DNA of 62,898 nucleotides, counting the filler, from Globobulimina sp. (lineage: Eukaryota): the NCBI GenBank assembly GCA_003354225.1. It is 29 parts of 29 records of this genome, joined end to end, with 100 filler letters (N's around TTAATTAATTAA, not from the genome) between each part and the next. Parts side by side here need not be neighbours in the genome. Positions count along the whole stretch, not along the records: positions 21,732 to 23,804 come from PIVH01009231.1; positions 23,905 to 25,977 come from PIVH01009232.1; positions 26,078 to 28,150 come from PIVH01009233.1; positions 28,251 to 30,323 come from PIVH01009234.1; positions 30,424 to 32,495 come from PIVH01009235.1; positions 32,596 to 34,667 come from PIVH01009236.1; positions 34,768 to 36,839 come from PIVH01009237.1; 22 more parts are not named here. One strand, written 5' to 3'. The notes under the pieces were generated by a model. That model had not been told where the DNA came from and made no database searches. It was given only the letters and a program-made list of their open reading frames with translations. The position numbers were made by a program, and so were the translations under genes. This document shows, piece after piece, positions 22,518 through 35,152 of this stretch. Positions within the stretch are counted from its first letter, which is position 1. Each line of letters starts with the position of its first letter.

Positions 22518-23804
22518 TTAATGCGAAATGTATGGAGTTCCTTCATCAATTCGTGGTTTCTGTCGTGTGAGATTCTGAATCGATTTAAATACAGCTTTAC
22601 GAACAGATATTTTTTTAATTCCCATTGCCTTAACATCATCTTTTTCAATATCTGCTAAGTCTTCGCCAGTATATTCAGATTCAAATATCTCTTTTTTTAT
22701 GCTTTCTTGGTATGGCTTTAAGGAGCCGTCATTCACTGTATTCATAATAAAATAAAACACTTTTTTTGAATCCCATTCCCGCCATAATGAATAATCCAAA
22801 TTATTCCCATTTAATCTCTCATTCTCTTCTCTTAATTCATTGATTTCTAATTCCATTTCTTTTTTATCATCCAATAAATTATTTATTTCTTGTTTTAAAC
22901 CATTTAATTCCTGATTCATTGCCGCATTCTTATCATTTAATTCTTGTTGTAAATGTTTTATCTGTTTTTGTATTTGTAAACATTTTATTCGCCACACAAA
23001 CAACACAAAAAACAAACGTTTTACCTGTTTTCTTAATTCTTGTTTTTCTGTTTCTGATTCTTTTCGCATTGCATTTATCCGCTGTTTTAATGCATTTTCG
23101 CCGCCTATTTTGCAGATTTTTTTATTTTAATATAATAATCAAACACTTTTAATATATTGTGATATACCTTCAATATTTTTCATTTTTCTTTGAAACGCCT
23201 TATTCTCGGCAGTTAAATCAGTAATTTCTTGTTTTAATGCATTATTTTCATCATCTGACTGTTTCTTCTGTTTTTTGTGTTTTTTATATAGAAAATTAAA
23301 AAACAAACGAGAGAAAAAGAAAATATTTCAAACTTGATTTTGTTGATTGTTGCTTGCTTCGTTTAATATCCTCTCATATTTATTGGTGATGCCTGCTTTC
23401 TCTTTTTCCAATTTATTGATTTTCTCCTTTAATTTCGCAATCTCACTTTCTTTCAAATCAGTTTCTTTTTCTTCTTCTTTGTTTTGATGAATTCCGAAAT
23501 CAGATAAAAAAATGGCATCTCTCTTTGAATATGTATTCAAACAAACAACCAAATAATATGTCTTTCCCAACCGCAAATTCCGAAAAGCAATTCCTTGATC
23601 ACTCCCATTTACCGAATATCCCATTTCTCGTTTTTCAAAATCAACTCTCATTTCAATCACATCACCGGCACCCCATTTAATTCCATATTCTTCCACTTTT
23701 CCTAAATTGTATTTCCTACCACTCCATCCATCATATCCATAATCTATCGCATCCCACTCAGCATCAACATTCCTGTTTGATTGAATACCAATATACATTC
23801 CACC
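22518..23804 (-). CDS. SPRY domain - coiled coil - SAM-like domain protein, multi-exon, 5' partial
   Basis: GDVIEMRVDF...GYSVNG..QG.AF (SPRY); heptad-rich middle; W..W....V..FI.....Y...I......G..L......D+..+GI (SAM). Confidence 0.75.
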
Positions 23805-23906
23805 NNNNNNNNNNNNNNNNNNNNNNNNNNNNNNNNNNNNNNNNNNNNTTAATTAATTAANNNNNNNNNNNNNNNNNNNNNNNNNNNNNNNNNNNNNNNN
23901 NNNNCA

Positions 23907-23983
23907 AAACTATCCTAAACTATCCTAAACTATCCTACACTATCCTAAACTATCCTAAACTATCCTAAACTATCCTAAACTAT
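23907..23983 (+). repeat. Tandem 10-bp repeat (TATCCTAAAC) x ~7.5 at contig start
   Basis: Directly visible; one variant unit TATCCTACAC. Confidence 0.95.
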
Positions 23984-24029
23984 AATTAATGCTCACCTCG
24001 CTTCGCTCGGTGGATACTATTCCAATGTC

Positions 24030-24194
24030 AGTAGTCAAGTAGTCAAGTAGTCAAGTTAGATCGTAACTTGACTACTAACTTGACTAATTCACCTATAGCA
24101 TATATATATAATGTGTGACATATTTAAGTAGTCAAGTAGTCAACTAGTCAACTTATTATTAACAATCATGAGTAGTCAAGTAGTCAAGTAGTCA
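24030..24194. repeat. Clustered TAGTCAAG 8-mers in direct and inverted orientation
   Basis: Arrays at 24031-24086, 24126-24151 and 24171-24194. A 13-bp hairpin AGTAGTCAAGTTA-GATCG-TAACTTGACTACT lies at 24046-24076. Confidence 0.9.
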
Positions 24195-24214
24195 TCTGTT
24201 ATTATATGGAACAC

Positions 24215-24457
24215 CTAAGAAAATAATGGCATCTGGACGCCGCCTAATAAAGTTTGTTGAAGTTTGGAAAATTGAAATGAATGATGCAGCATTATGTGGA
24301 CTGCTATTATTCCGCGTAAACCATTCAGTGCTTTTGTATTGATTCGTGAATTCGAAGCTGTTTTGGTAGTGTTGATTGGATTATTTATGATGATTTTATC
24401 GTTATTTTCAAAATCGTCTTGTTCTTCACCAGAAACATGCACATAAGTTGTTGCCAT
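24215..24457 (-). pseudogene. Truncated acyltransferase-3 family gene (N-terminus only)
   Basis: ALNGLRGIIAVHIMLHH motif. The frame ends at MPLF, just before the expected FFxLSG, where the repeat block begins. Confidence 0.6.
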
Positions 24458-24697
24458 TGATTACGAGATAATGTTTTGGAAATTAATGACACACTCGTTT
24501 TTACAACAGAAAATATCAGATTTGCATAATGTACTTTATGATTACTGCAAAAATGGTGAATTTAGAAGCTTTTATAAAATTCGTGATTGAAGAAAAAGCA
24601 AACTCCGAACTCGGACCAAAAGAACAATTAAATCGCTGACATTTTATATAATTGTATTAAGATAAATAATTTAGTTTAAATGAAGATTAATAAGTTA

Positions 24698-25570
24698 TTA
24701 TTGTTGTTGTTGTTGTTTTGCTTGAATTTCTTTTAAAAAAACATCCAAATAAAGAGTATTCGCCGTATCTTTAACTCTGTCATATTTGGTTTGGAAAATT
24801 TGAGCGGCATTTTTTAATTGACTTATTTTAAATTCTTGTTCACAAAATGGATTAATTTCATTGTCCCCAAATTGTGGATCATTTTGAGATAATTCATCCA
24901 ATTTTCTTAGGAATTTCTCCAGATTCGATAAGAATTTATTTTTAATCCAATCCAAATCAGTTTCAATTTCCTTTCTTCCCTTTTCTATGTTATTACCAAT
25001 TGTTTTATTTTTGCTTTCCATTTCTTTCAATTTTGCTTTTTTTTCATTCGCCTCTTTTTCTAATTTGCCATGTTTTTCTTTATGTTTTTCTATTTCAATC
25101 AATAATTCTTCGTTTTTTGCTTTTAATTGTTTCAAATCTCCGTCCTTTTGGTCGACGTCCATTGCTTCAGATCCTTGTTCTGCTTTTTCTGAATTTGGAT
25201 ATTTAAATTTCAGTTTATTTGCATTGAATTGTTTTATTGCCATATTTTGTGGACAGCCCATTGTTTTCAAAGCACTCATTGTCGCCGTTTCAATTTCTTT
25301 AAGAATGCATTGTGGCGATTTTGCCTCAAATAAATTTAAAATATTTTCATAATGCAATCTACCGTTAATTGATGACAATGCATTGCCAAAATTTAGCAAA
25401 CTATTTACCTGCGTTTCATGTCGGTCATTCATTGCTTTTTCCATATTTGAGATTTCTTTCTTATTTCGATTAATTTCGGCCATTTTATCTTTTTTAATCT
25501 CATTAATTTGGTTTATTGTTTGATTCAAAGTCTTTGTTCTCTGTTTCTTTGCATCCAAATCATTCCCCAT
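24698..25570 (-). CDS. Coiled-coil protein (last exon; upstream exons likely)
   Basis: 290-aa K/E/N-rich heptad ORF; intron-like AT-rich DNA upstream. Confidence 0.55.
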   Translation of the reverse strand: MGNDLDAKKQRTKTLNQTINQINEIKKDKMAEINRNKKEISNMEKAMNDRHETQVNSLLNFGNALSSINGRLHYENILNLFEAKSPQCILKEIETATMSALKTMGCPQNMAIKQFNANKLKFKYPNSEKAEQGSEAMDVDQKDGDLKQLKAKNEELLIEIEKHKEKHGKLEKEANEKKAKLKEMESKNKTIGNNIEKGRKEIETDLDWIKNKFLSNLEKFLRKLDELSQNDPQFGDNEINPFCEQEFKISQLKNAAQIFQTKYDRVKDTANTLYLDVFLKEIQAKQQQQQ

Positions 25571-26077
25571 TTCTTTTAACTGTTTGTAATATGATTAATT
25601 TATTTTATTTATAAATGCAATGAGTATATGACTATGACATACGGTTTGAAATTGGTCACATTTTGATTTTTGAATATTTTCTTGTTCGATTTGGATGGAA
25701 TTTAAATCTCTAATTTCTAATTTTGTCAACTTTTCTGTTTTCAAAATTTCATCCTTTTATTTTTATTTGTTTTCACTATTTAAAATTCCCAGAATTGTCA
25801 TGACATGAATTACTTACATTTAATGCTCTTATTTGTTGCAGAAGCTCTTGTTGATAGGATAAGGTCCCTTCACTCAGCTGATTCAGCATGTTTCAAGTAA
25901 ATGTTTTAAATAAAATGAAGATTTTAAACAAGTCAAAACAGTGCAGTTTAGCATGGCAGACATTCAAAAAGAAGTTGNNNNNNNNNNNNNNNNNNNNNNN
26001 NNNNNNNNNNNNNNNNNNNNNTTAATTAATTAANNNNNNNNNNNNNNNNNNNNNNNNNNNNNNNNNNNNNNNNNNNN

Positions 26078-27563
26078 AAATTTGTTATATTTTGGTGACG
26101 TGTTATTAAACAACAAACATTTATTAATTATGGTTTTGACCACATTGTCAAATAATTTATATTTTTATAAAAAATATGATAATAAATACAAAAACAGAAT
26201 ATTGTTTAAGAAAATTGATTTATCCAATTACAAAGAAATTATATTAACCAACAAAAAAAGTATGTCCTTATTTACACATAAATTAATTTTAAAAGGAAGT
26301 GAGAATGGAACAGATATTTTATTAAATTTAAAAAAAAATAATCCAAGACATGAATGGTTTGCTCATTTGGATTTTATAATAAATCACAAAATGACTGCAG
26401 ATATTGATGATAAAATTGAAATTAATGATGAAAAAGATAACCATTGCAAACAAACTGAAAATAATTTGAATGAATCATTTATTTTAATATTAAAAATACT
26501 AAAAATGTATGACGAAAATAATGAATCAGCATTAAATATTTCTTATATCGACATTTTAAACCATTTTAATAATATAATTCAATATTTTCATTCGAATGAA
26601 GTTAATGACGAATTTGTGGATAAAATGTTGAAATCGCAACATTGCGCAAAGATTGAATGTGAATATGTTAACAGACATACAATAAAAAAAAGAAATAAAA
26701 ACGAAAGAAATGACAGATTCTTAATGAACGAGTTAGTGGATAAAATTCATTGCTTTATATTCCATTCAAATCCACAAAATAGAGCTCGAGCTCGAGATAT
26801 AAATATTATATCAAATCGAAATAAATTTGTGATAAATACAAAGAATCAGCAACAAGAACTAGAACAAGAACAAGAAGTAAAATTACAAGACGTCGACATC
26901 AAAACTGCTGAAAACGATAATGATATCGATATCGATCATGAATCTTTAACATTTGCGTTTGGTGAAGTTTTTACATTTTATAATGCGGTGCATGGCAATT
27001 TTGTAAATGCTCATTATCTGACATTAAAAGAGGAATTGACCTCAAATCCCTATTATACATTAACTGAGACTGAATATTATAATTATTATATAAAGGCAGT
27101 AAACATTAAAAAAACAAAACAGTTTTCAAATATTGGAGCGAATGATAATGCCAATCATAATGAAACGGCTGAGATTGATATAAATGAGAAAATATCAATA
27201 AATCATATTATATCATTAATGACATATTGCAATGAAGATGAATTACAGTGCATTTTCAAAAAACAAACTAGAAAAATGAATAAAAATGAATCAAAAGAGA
27301 ATGTATTAAAAAAAGTATCATTTATTTGCCATTGGATTCGATATTTATTTGAAGCATGCCTTTTTTATGGAAAAGCATTGAAATCAAATGAGTTTGTTTA
27401 TTGTGGTATTGATAAAGCATTAATATTTAATACATTTAACATTGCAAATTATTGTCCATTATCAACATCATCAGATATCTGTGTAGCTAATAATTTTGCA
27501 TCAAATAATGGCATTATTTTGCAACTTAAACGAAATGGATCAGGTTTTAACAGTCGATATTTC
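26078..27563 (+). CDS. PH-like plus ART-like family protein (paralog of 60828-62871), truncated by a junction
   Basis: Shares FAFGE.F, LKEEL..NPY, HII.L..YCN.D.LQ..FKK, Y.CG+D, CPLSTS, VANNFA...GIIL.L with the last contig. Confidence 0.75.
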
Positions 27564-28150
27564 GTGGATAAATGCCAATTTTCAGAGGTGGCTCACTCAT
27601 TACGTACAACAATCAACAGTTGATAAATTGCGTCGTTTAGAGCCATCTCAGAGGCATACAAGCCTGGTATGTTTTCTATGGCAGCAGTATCAGGAGAACG
27701 TGGACTTTGCGGTTGATATGTATGATAAGCTTGTCTATCGCATCCATAATCGTTCTCAAAGAGACGTAGATGAATACCATAAAAATCAAAGAAAGAATCT
27801 TTCAAGATCCCTCCTTGCCTTTAGAAACATGGGATATGCGGTTCTTGATAAAAAAATAGAAGATGAACAACTACGAAAAGCAATTTTCAGCAAGGTCAAT
27901 AAAAAGGAATTGGAATCTCACATTGCTCAAGCCGATCAGTGGTTGACTGGAAAATATAGCCATACCTTCAACCTTGTCAAACAAAGGTTTAGCTATGTTC
28001 GACAGTTCCTTCCTCGCTTTTTAAAATCGATAGATTTTTCTGTAGAAAACAGTGCTCGCTCTTCAGATTTGATAGAGGCTTTGGAATTGCTTAAATCTGT
28101 CAATGAAGAAAACAAAAGAAAACTTCCTAAAAATCCACCTCTTGGCTTTA
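27553..28150 (+). mobile_element. tnpA: Tn3-family transposase internal fragment (bacterial), fused to a eukaryotic gene
   Basis: L.RL....R...LVCFL......D..VDM.DKL, F..+R.F.P.FL..+.F, L..A+E.L+.......+LP...P.GF match the DUF4158/Tn3 TnpA N-terminal half. No terminal inverted repeat. Confidence 0.8.
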
Positions 28151-28250
28151 NNNNNNNNNNNNNNNNNNNNNNNNNNNNNNNNNNNNNNNNNNNNTTAATT
28201 AATTAANNNNNNNNNNNNNNNNNNNNNNNNNNNNNNNNNNNNNNNNNNNN

Positions 28251-30323
28251 TTTGCTTATTGTCGACCGTGAATATGAGAATTTAATGAAAGAATCAATGA
28301 AAATGACCATCAAAGAGCCAGCTTCAGAGTCAAAGTTAAAGTCAAAGTCAATTCCATCGAATGAGATTCTTAAATTAGAAAGAAAAAAAGAGTTAGAAAT
28401 GTCATTATTATCGGCCGACGAGAATGCGTGGATACAAAATGAGAAACATGCCATTGCGATGAGGCATATTCCCATCAGAGATGACAACAAAAAGTTATTG
28501 CATTCATTTATTAAACAATCACTCGACAATACGCAGTTTAAATTTATTAAATTAAATATTTTGGCATATTTTAGTCTCAAACACAAAAAAAAAGATATCG
28601 ATACCAATCTGTTATTCAATCTACAATTAAATCAACTATTTAATATACAGTTAAATCCACAGACAACCAATAAAATAATTCAAATCATTAATAATTTTGA
28701 ACAATTTATTATCGAAAAACATTTTGAAATACAAAAAAGTGAGAAAACAGTTAAGTTCACAATGGAAAAGTATCAGAAATGTTGTAATTCCATTAAAAAT
28801 AAGCTTGAATCTTGTCCTTTATTATATATATTATTGTTAAATGACCAAATTGATTTTAATCTATTATTACAAAGTGATATGACGCAAATATGTTTAATTT
28901 GTATAAATGCAATTATTCGTAAAAAAATACAAAAAAAATTAGAATCATTGGTTAAAAAACAAAATGCAAATACTGTGGAAGTATTATTATTTAAACATTG
29001 GTGCAAAAACAAAGAAAAACAAACAGAAAACGAAAACGAAAAAGAGGAAGAAAAAGATCTTGAAAAGGAAAAGGATGACATATTACATGATAAATATCCA
29101 TTATTTTGTCAAAGATTTGTAAAGTTTTTAATGGCATTTCCTGATTACAGAAACTTAGTCATTTCAAATAATAATGAAATGAACAGAATATTTAGTTTAA
29201 CCAACGAACAGTTATTAAATCCGCCAACATTAGAAATGAAATCAAATAATAACAAGAAAAACAACATAATAATAAATTTTAATCAAAATAAGAAACGAAA
29301 GCATTTTCAAGGAAATACAGCAACGCCATTCGGGCCATTATCTAAACGAAGAAAGCTAGCATCAGACAATAATAATAATGGCAATAACAAAGACAACGAG
29401 AATGATCGTGTAATATGGGATGGATTATTAATAAATGACGCCGTCAAATGTCATGTTAAAATGAAACAAATTGGAGGCAAATCAGTATGGACTCTGCCAT
29501 TTAAACATGAAAATAATAACTATAAGAAAAATAATAAACAATTAAGCAATTTAATTATCAGCGGCAGAATTAACGTGTCCACCATCATAAAATTTATCAA
29601 ACAATTGCGAAAACATAAGAGCAGACGAATATTATTCGCAGAGATTAGCAACGCCTATGTGGCCATGGACAATTCGTATGATGTATTATCATCACAGTTA
29701 AGTAGTTCTGGGCGAGCCGGCGTCATTGATAAAGAGAAGCAATGCGGCATATTAATATATATTATATCCTCTTCGTTGTTGGAACCGACTCATTCCGTTT
29801 CTCATCACTTAAACAAATATTTCGATGGACATAAAGCAAAATTGCCAAAAACAAAAATGTTTTGTATCATTATAATGAATTTGGATGTTTACAGTCAGGT
29901 AAAACGCAAAATATCTAAACATGTTAATCTTGTCTCTCCAGTTTATAATAAGCCGCCTGTTCCTATAATGAGTACAATCGCACATTCAAATCCACCAAAT
30001 CCACCAAAACCAAATCAAAACAATAATAATAATAATAATAATACAAATGGAAAGAAACCACCACCACCGCCCCAACCGCCCCAACCACCAAAACCACCAA
30101 ATATTGATAAAAAGGAGCAACAAAAGGAAGTGGATGATGTTTGGGATAAGCTTGGCAACGAAATTGAGGACGATTTGGGCGAATTACCACCACCTTTACC
30201 GGCACATTTATTAGCGGAAAGAGAACGATATAAACAACAACATACTATGGCACCCAATTCGAATGTAAATATAGCAACGCAAGCAATGCCACCATTGCCT
30301 AAGCAACCGCCGCCACCTCAATC
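28251..30323 (+). CDS. SPOC-domain protein with Pro-rich tail, partial
   Basis: VIWDG.L, L.ISGRI.......FI.QL, Y..L...L....RAGV, IYII. Confidence 0.7.
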
Positions 30324-30423
30324 NNNNNNNNNNNNNNNNNNNNNNNNNNNNNNNNNNNNNNNNNNNNTTAATTAATTAANNNNNNNNNNNNNNNNNNNNN
30401 NNNNNNNNNNNNNNNNNNNNNNN

Positions 30424-30921
30424 CGTGTTGAATTTCCATCAAAATATGTGTTAGAAGCAAAATTCCATCCATTGGCCGCAATTTATAAATTATTTGAATT
30501 TGTTGATGGTGTCTTGGATGAAAATATTAAAACATATAAATATGAATTATTATTGCCGCCACATCAAATCATTCAAAATAAGCATGACAATGATCAGACA
30601 TTTAAGTCCGTTGGCGGTATGATCCCGGCGTGTACCGTAAGATTTGTATTCGATACAAAATCAAAGAAGAATAAGAACATAAATTATAATGATAATTATA
30701 TTAAAAACGGAGATATCCAAAAATATTTTACAGACAATATTACTTCTTTAAGATCATCTAAATCACTTATCGCCGATGAACAGAAAAGTAATGCGAGCAA
30801 TGATGATAACTCAAATAATAAAAATCAAAAGAAATCTGCTAAAACGACTGCTGCTGAGTTTAAAGCAATGAAAGAAAGAAAAAAATTGCAAGCTAAATTA
30901 GACAGATTAAACAGAAAATGA
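30424..30921 (+). CDS. UBX-domain protein (TUG/ASPSCR1-like), C-terminal part
   Basis: RVEFP....LEAKF.P......LFEFV...L....L..PP. Confidence 0.7.
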   Translation, partial: RVEFPSKYVLEAKFHPLAAIYKLFEFVDGVLDENIKTYKYELLLPPHQIIQNKHDNDQTFKSVGGMIPACTVRFVFDTKSKKNKNINYNDNYIKNGDIQKYFTDNITSLRSSKSLIADEQKSNASNDDNSNNKNQKKSAKTTAAEFKAMKERKKLQAKLDRLNRK

Positions 30922-31062
30922 TTTTGTGTTTGTTGTTTGCACTTTGTTGAGCTCATCACTTTCAACAGAAACAGACGAGATAATTAAACGAGAATATATC
31001 ATTTTGAACTGAACAAAAAAACTTTAGTCCTGTCTCATTTTTAATCAAATTAATAAAACAAA

Positions 31063-32495
31063 ATGGAGACGACGTCGACAGATGATGATGTTGTTATGGA
31101 TGGAAACGAAGGGAATGATGTGGATATGAACCAAACTGATAAAATTTCAATCGATGAAATTAATGATCACAACGATCACAATGACAAAGAGCCACAAACT
31201 AATCATCACATTGATCCACCTAAAAAAGGCAACAATGATAACAATGAGAATGATGATAGCAGTGATAATGACGACAATGACGCACAAAATAGCAAAAATA
31301 TGATATGCACGCAACAAAATGACACAGAAAGCAATGAGAATAGCGAAGGAAACTTATTATTAAATGCCAAAATAAATGAGTTTTTATCATCAGTCCCAGA
31401 TAAATTAGAACATTGTTCGAAACCCACCTTTTATTTAGTTTTATTATTAATCGTCGAAGTTAAAAACATAGAAAGCCAAAACAAAATTGATTATTTATTA
31501 TTATTCAATTTTCTAACCAATTTGGATGAATTTAAATCCTTTGATCAGTTTTCATTCGGCGCAGAAATATTAAAATTACCAAAACATGCATTTTTAACAC
31601 TTTTCGCTGAAAAAACCGATTTTGATACAAAAAAAATCGCAGACATTTATGATATATTAGCCACAAATAACACCACTCCAATTCTTACCGCATTTCGTGA
31701 CAATTCGAACAAAATCGATATGCAACAAACCTGGGATAAAATTGTAAACTGCGGATCCAATTTACAGGACAGCAACGAAGGGGAAATCGAAGAAAAAAAA
31801 GAAGAGAAACCCCCAAAAAATGAATCATGGAAAAGTTTCAAAATCGGCGATAAATTCGACTGCAAAGATCGATGGCAAAATTGGTATTTTTCACAGATAA
31901 AAAAGCACAAAAAAGCAACAGATATTATACCCGACGCAGAGTGGAAAGAAATGGATAAAAAGAAACAAAAACAAAAGGCACATTTAAATTCTTTGGAAGC
32001 TATATATGTTCATTACATTGGTTGGGATCAAAAATATGATGAATGGGTATTTATTGACACTGAAAGTGACATTTTCTGTGACTGTGACGACAATGATGAG
32101 GGAGACAAATGTTTTGACCCCGACCACCGACTCAGTGCAGCAAAGACACAAAGCGAATATAAGAAACGTAAAAGGAAGCAATACAGCAATAAACCACTAA
32201 AAGCAGAGCCTATAAAATATAAAATAAAAGACTTTAATAAGGTAGTTTTGCATCGAAATTATAACATTTTGTTTGTATTTTGCATGTTCTGTGTTATTTA
32301 GTTGGTGGTTTACATTGGAAAGACCTACGAAGCGCCGAATGGTTGTAATAGGACAGGGATTGGAGCGGAGTGTTACGCAGAAGCACAACTGCATGGTCCC
32401 GGTGGCAATTTGACCAAATTTATTTTATGGGATAAACAGAGGAAATATGAGCGGTTTCATCACAGTCATTATGATTGGTGGATGTTTCCAAATGA
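31063..32495 (+). CDS. Tudor/MBT-like domain plus OGFr-N-like domain protein; intron 32242-32301; 3' partial
   Basis: FKIGDKFDCKD....WY...I and YVHYIGW..KYDEWV; after the intron FHHSHYDWWMFP. Confidence 0.65.
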
Positions 32496-32595
32496 NNNNN
32501 NNNNNNNNNNNNNNNNNNNNNNNNNNNNNNNNNNNNNNNTTAATTAATTAANNNNNNNNNNNNNNNNNNNNNNNNNNNNNNNNNNNNNNNNNNNN

Positions 32596-32836
32596 TTTCA
32601 AGCGGCCTGCCGATTGTTGCAACCAGAGAAGGAGGGCCTGCCGATATAATTGGCAATTGTGAGAATGGTATTTTGGTGGATCCGGCTGATAATCATGAAA
32701 TCGCCGCAGCCTGTAAAGCAATCTTGGTTGACAGTGATCTGTGGAGCACATATTCGACCAATGGCATCAACGGAGTGCGTCGTCATTATTCATGGAAAAC
32801 ACATTGTCAGAAAACCGTGGAAATTTATCAGGAATC
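32596..32836 (+). CDS. Bacterial sucrose-phosphate synthase/GT4 fragment (chimeric)
   Basis: SGLPIVATREGGPADII.NCENGILVDP...W..YS.NGINGVRRHYSW..HC. Confidence 0.8.
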
Positions 32837-33460
32837 GCCGCATGGCATTGCTTTGTTTAACTGCGTGGTGATGTTTATAACGTGCGGTTGGAAATTTTGT
32901 TGGATGATTTGCGTTTTTTGAGCGTATTCCACTTGGAATTGATTGATAGTTTGCTGGATTTGAAGCAACAGTGATTGTAATTGCTGGGTGGTTGGTTGTG
33001 GTGGTGGCGGTGGCGGTGACTGTTGCTGTTGTTGTTGTTGTTGTTGTTGCTGTGTTCTTTTGAATGTGTGTTGCTGTGCTAATAATTGTTGTTGTTGCAG
33101 TTGTATTTGCGTCTGTTTATGTTGCTGTTGTTCTAATTGCCTCATAAATTTTAATTGTTCGTGATACTCAGCAGCTTCGTTGATCATTCTTGTTTCTTCG
33201 ATGGATTCTTTATGTGTGTCCCAAAATTCATCTCTTTTCATTTTCAAAAATTCTTCTGTGGATTTTCGTATATTGCCACTGCCGGATTTATCAAAGGATT
33301 TCAATCGTTCTGTCCAATCGCCACTACTCACTCGTTCAGATCCAACATGATGCTCGAAATCATTAAAATAGCCATCGTCGTCTTCATCTGCTGTTATTTC
33401 TGCAGTTTCTTGTTTAAAATCATGTTTGTCTTGCAATTGACAGTCTTGCTCAGCAGCCAT
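32828..33460 (-). CDS. Q/P-rich hypothetical eukaryotic protein, truncated at junction
   Basis: ATG start, poly-Q and poly-P tracts; runs into the bacterial fragment. Confidence 0.5.
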   Translation of the reverse strand: MAAEQDCQLQDKHDFKQETAEITADEDDDGYFNDFEHHVGSERVSSGDWTERLKSFDKSGSGNIRKSTEEFLKMKRDEFWDTHKESIEETRMINEAAEYHEQLKFMRQLEQQQHKQTQIQLQQQQLLAQQHTFKRTQQQQQQQQQQQSPPPPPPQPTTQQLQSLLLQIQQTINQFQVEYAQKTQIIQQNFQPHVINITTQLNKAMPCGDS

Positions 33461-33511
33461 GTATTTATAATATTCAAATTGTTTTTTCGAGGCAAGTAAA
33501 AACAGTGAAAA

Positions 33512-34667
33512 ATGCTCACCTCAATAAAACCTGCAAACTCACTTGCATTTGGCAGGAAATACAGTCATTACCGATATTGTTACAAAAATAAATCCAACCT
33601 GATATTTCACTCAATTTCTAAATTAAACACGTTTAACATTACTAATACTAAACCAGCTGTAAAAGATCCAATTATAAATGGATTAAAAGTAAATTTACGC
33701 GATTCAATGGTGTCATTGGATGAAATTGAGATTTCTAAATTAGAATTAAGTGAAACATTTGGCTTTGAATTGCGTGATTTACGCGCATTACAAAAAAAAC
33801 GCGCAGCAACGGAACAAACACAATACAAATATCGATCGCCTACATTTTTTATTCGACATGAGGCATTTTTAGCACATTTAGGTGTTATTACAGCATTAAT
33901 CTCTGCCGATAAATGTTATTTATTTAATGTTGAAATCGAAAATGACGGCAACAGTGCATATGACTCCGACAGTGACCAAGATAGCACACTCACATTCAAT
34001 ACCGATTCGTTTAATATGTTAAATAAATTCAACGCCAAATTACAATCAACATTGACGCTCAACACACTGCCATTTGAATTTCACTGTTTAGAGGCAGTCT
34101 GCAAAGCGGTTGTGTCCAAACATAGAAATAATTTAAATAAAATTGAGAAAATATGTGATCAAATATTAAGTGATGAAAATGATAAATATTCGGAAAGTTC
34201 ACATATATCGTTATCAAAAATAAAATTGTTACAAGCAATAAATAGTACAAAAGCGTGTGTTGATGCATTGAATGAATTGTTGAATAATTGTGATGACTTA
34301 GATGCAATGTATTTGAATATAGAAAATAAATTCAATATTGGCAAGGATAAACAGTTGGAATTATTGTTGGAAAATTATTTGTGGCAATTTGATGAAATAT
34401 TGGATAGATTTCAATTGTTGTTGGATGAAGTAACAATGTTTGAGAGATCTATTGGTTTTTTAATAAATAAACAAAGGAATGACATTATTCGAATGAATTT
34501 AAAGTTGTCATTGTTAACCTGCGGCTTTACCGGCGGTGCTTTACCAGCGGCAATATTTGGAATGAATTTATTGTCTCATTTTGAGTTAAATCCATATACA
34601 TTTTATCCGGTTGCTCTTGGCTTTGGCTGTGTGGTTCCCTTTATTATTTGGAGACATTTTAGAATTG
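33512..34667 (+). CDS. MRS2/CorA-family Mg2+ transporter (mitochondrial-like), 3' partial
   Basis: L.LRDLR, LPFEF.CLE, LELLLENY, RN.II, FGMNL signature; basic N-terminal presequence. Confidence 0.9.
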
Positions 34668-35152
34668 NNNNNNNNNNNNNNNNNNNNNNNNNNNNNNNNN
34701 NNNNNNNNNNNTTAATTAATTAANNNNNNNNNNNNNNNNNNNNNNNNNNNNNNNNNNNNNNNNNNNNACTAATTGTATGTTAAATTATTATTTTATCAAA
34801 ATATGGATAATGTTAATTTTTATTAATGTATTCAGTGCTTAACAGATTCAATCCCAGGGGTTCTTAGCTGCATGCAGCTTTTTATTGAGTGTAATTTAAA
34901 TTATACTTTACTTGAAAGGTTTTCACAGAAAAAAAAAATTTATGTGGATTGAACACGTGGTACAGGTTAATATTCAAAAAAAGGTAACAACATTGATTCG
35001 GTGGTAATAATCAATTTACATTAACAACAAAATTATGTTTTTTGAAACAAAATACTTTCTTTCCTTTCTTTACACAAAATAAAACGACACAATATTGATG
35101 ACAAAAAAAAATAAAAAAAAAGAAATAACGAATGTTTTATAATTGTGTGGTG

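Noticed and set aside
27553-28150. Bacterial Tn3 transposon inserted in a eukaryotic gene
   Set aside because: The junction is inside tnpA, with no 38-bp inverted repeat and with apparent microhomology; a chimera is more likely.
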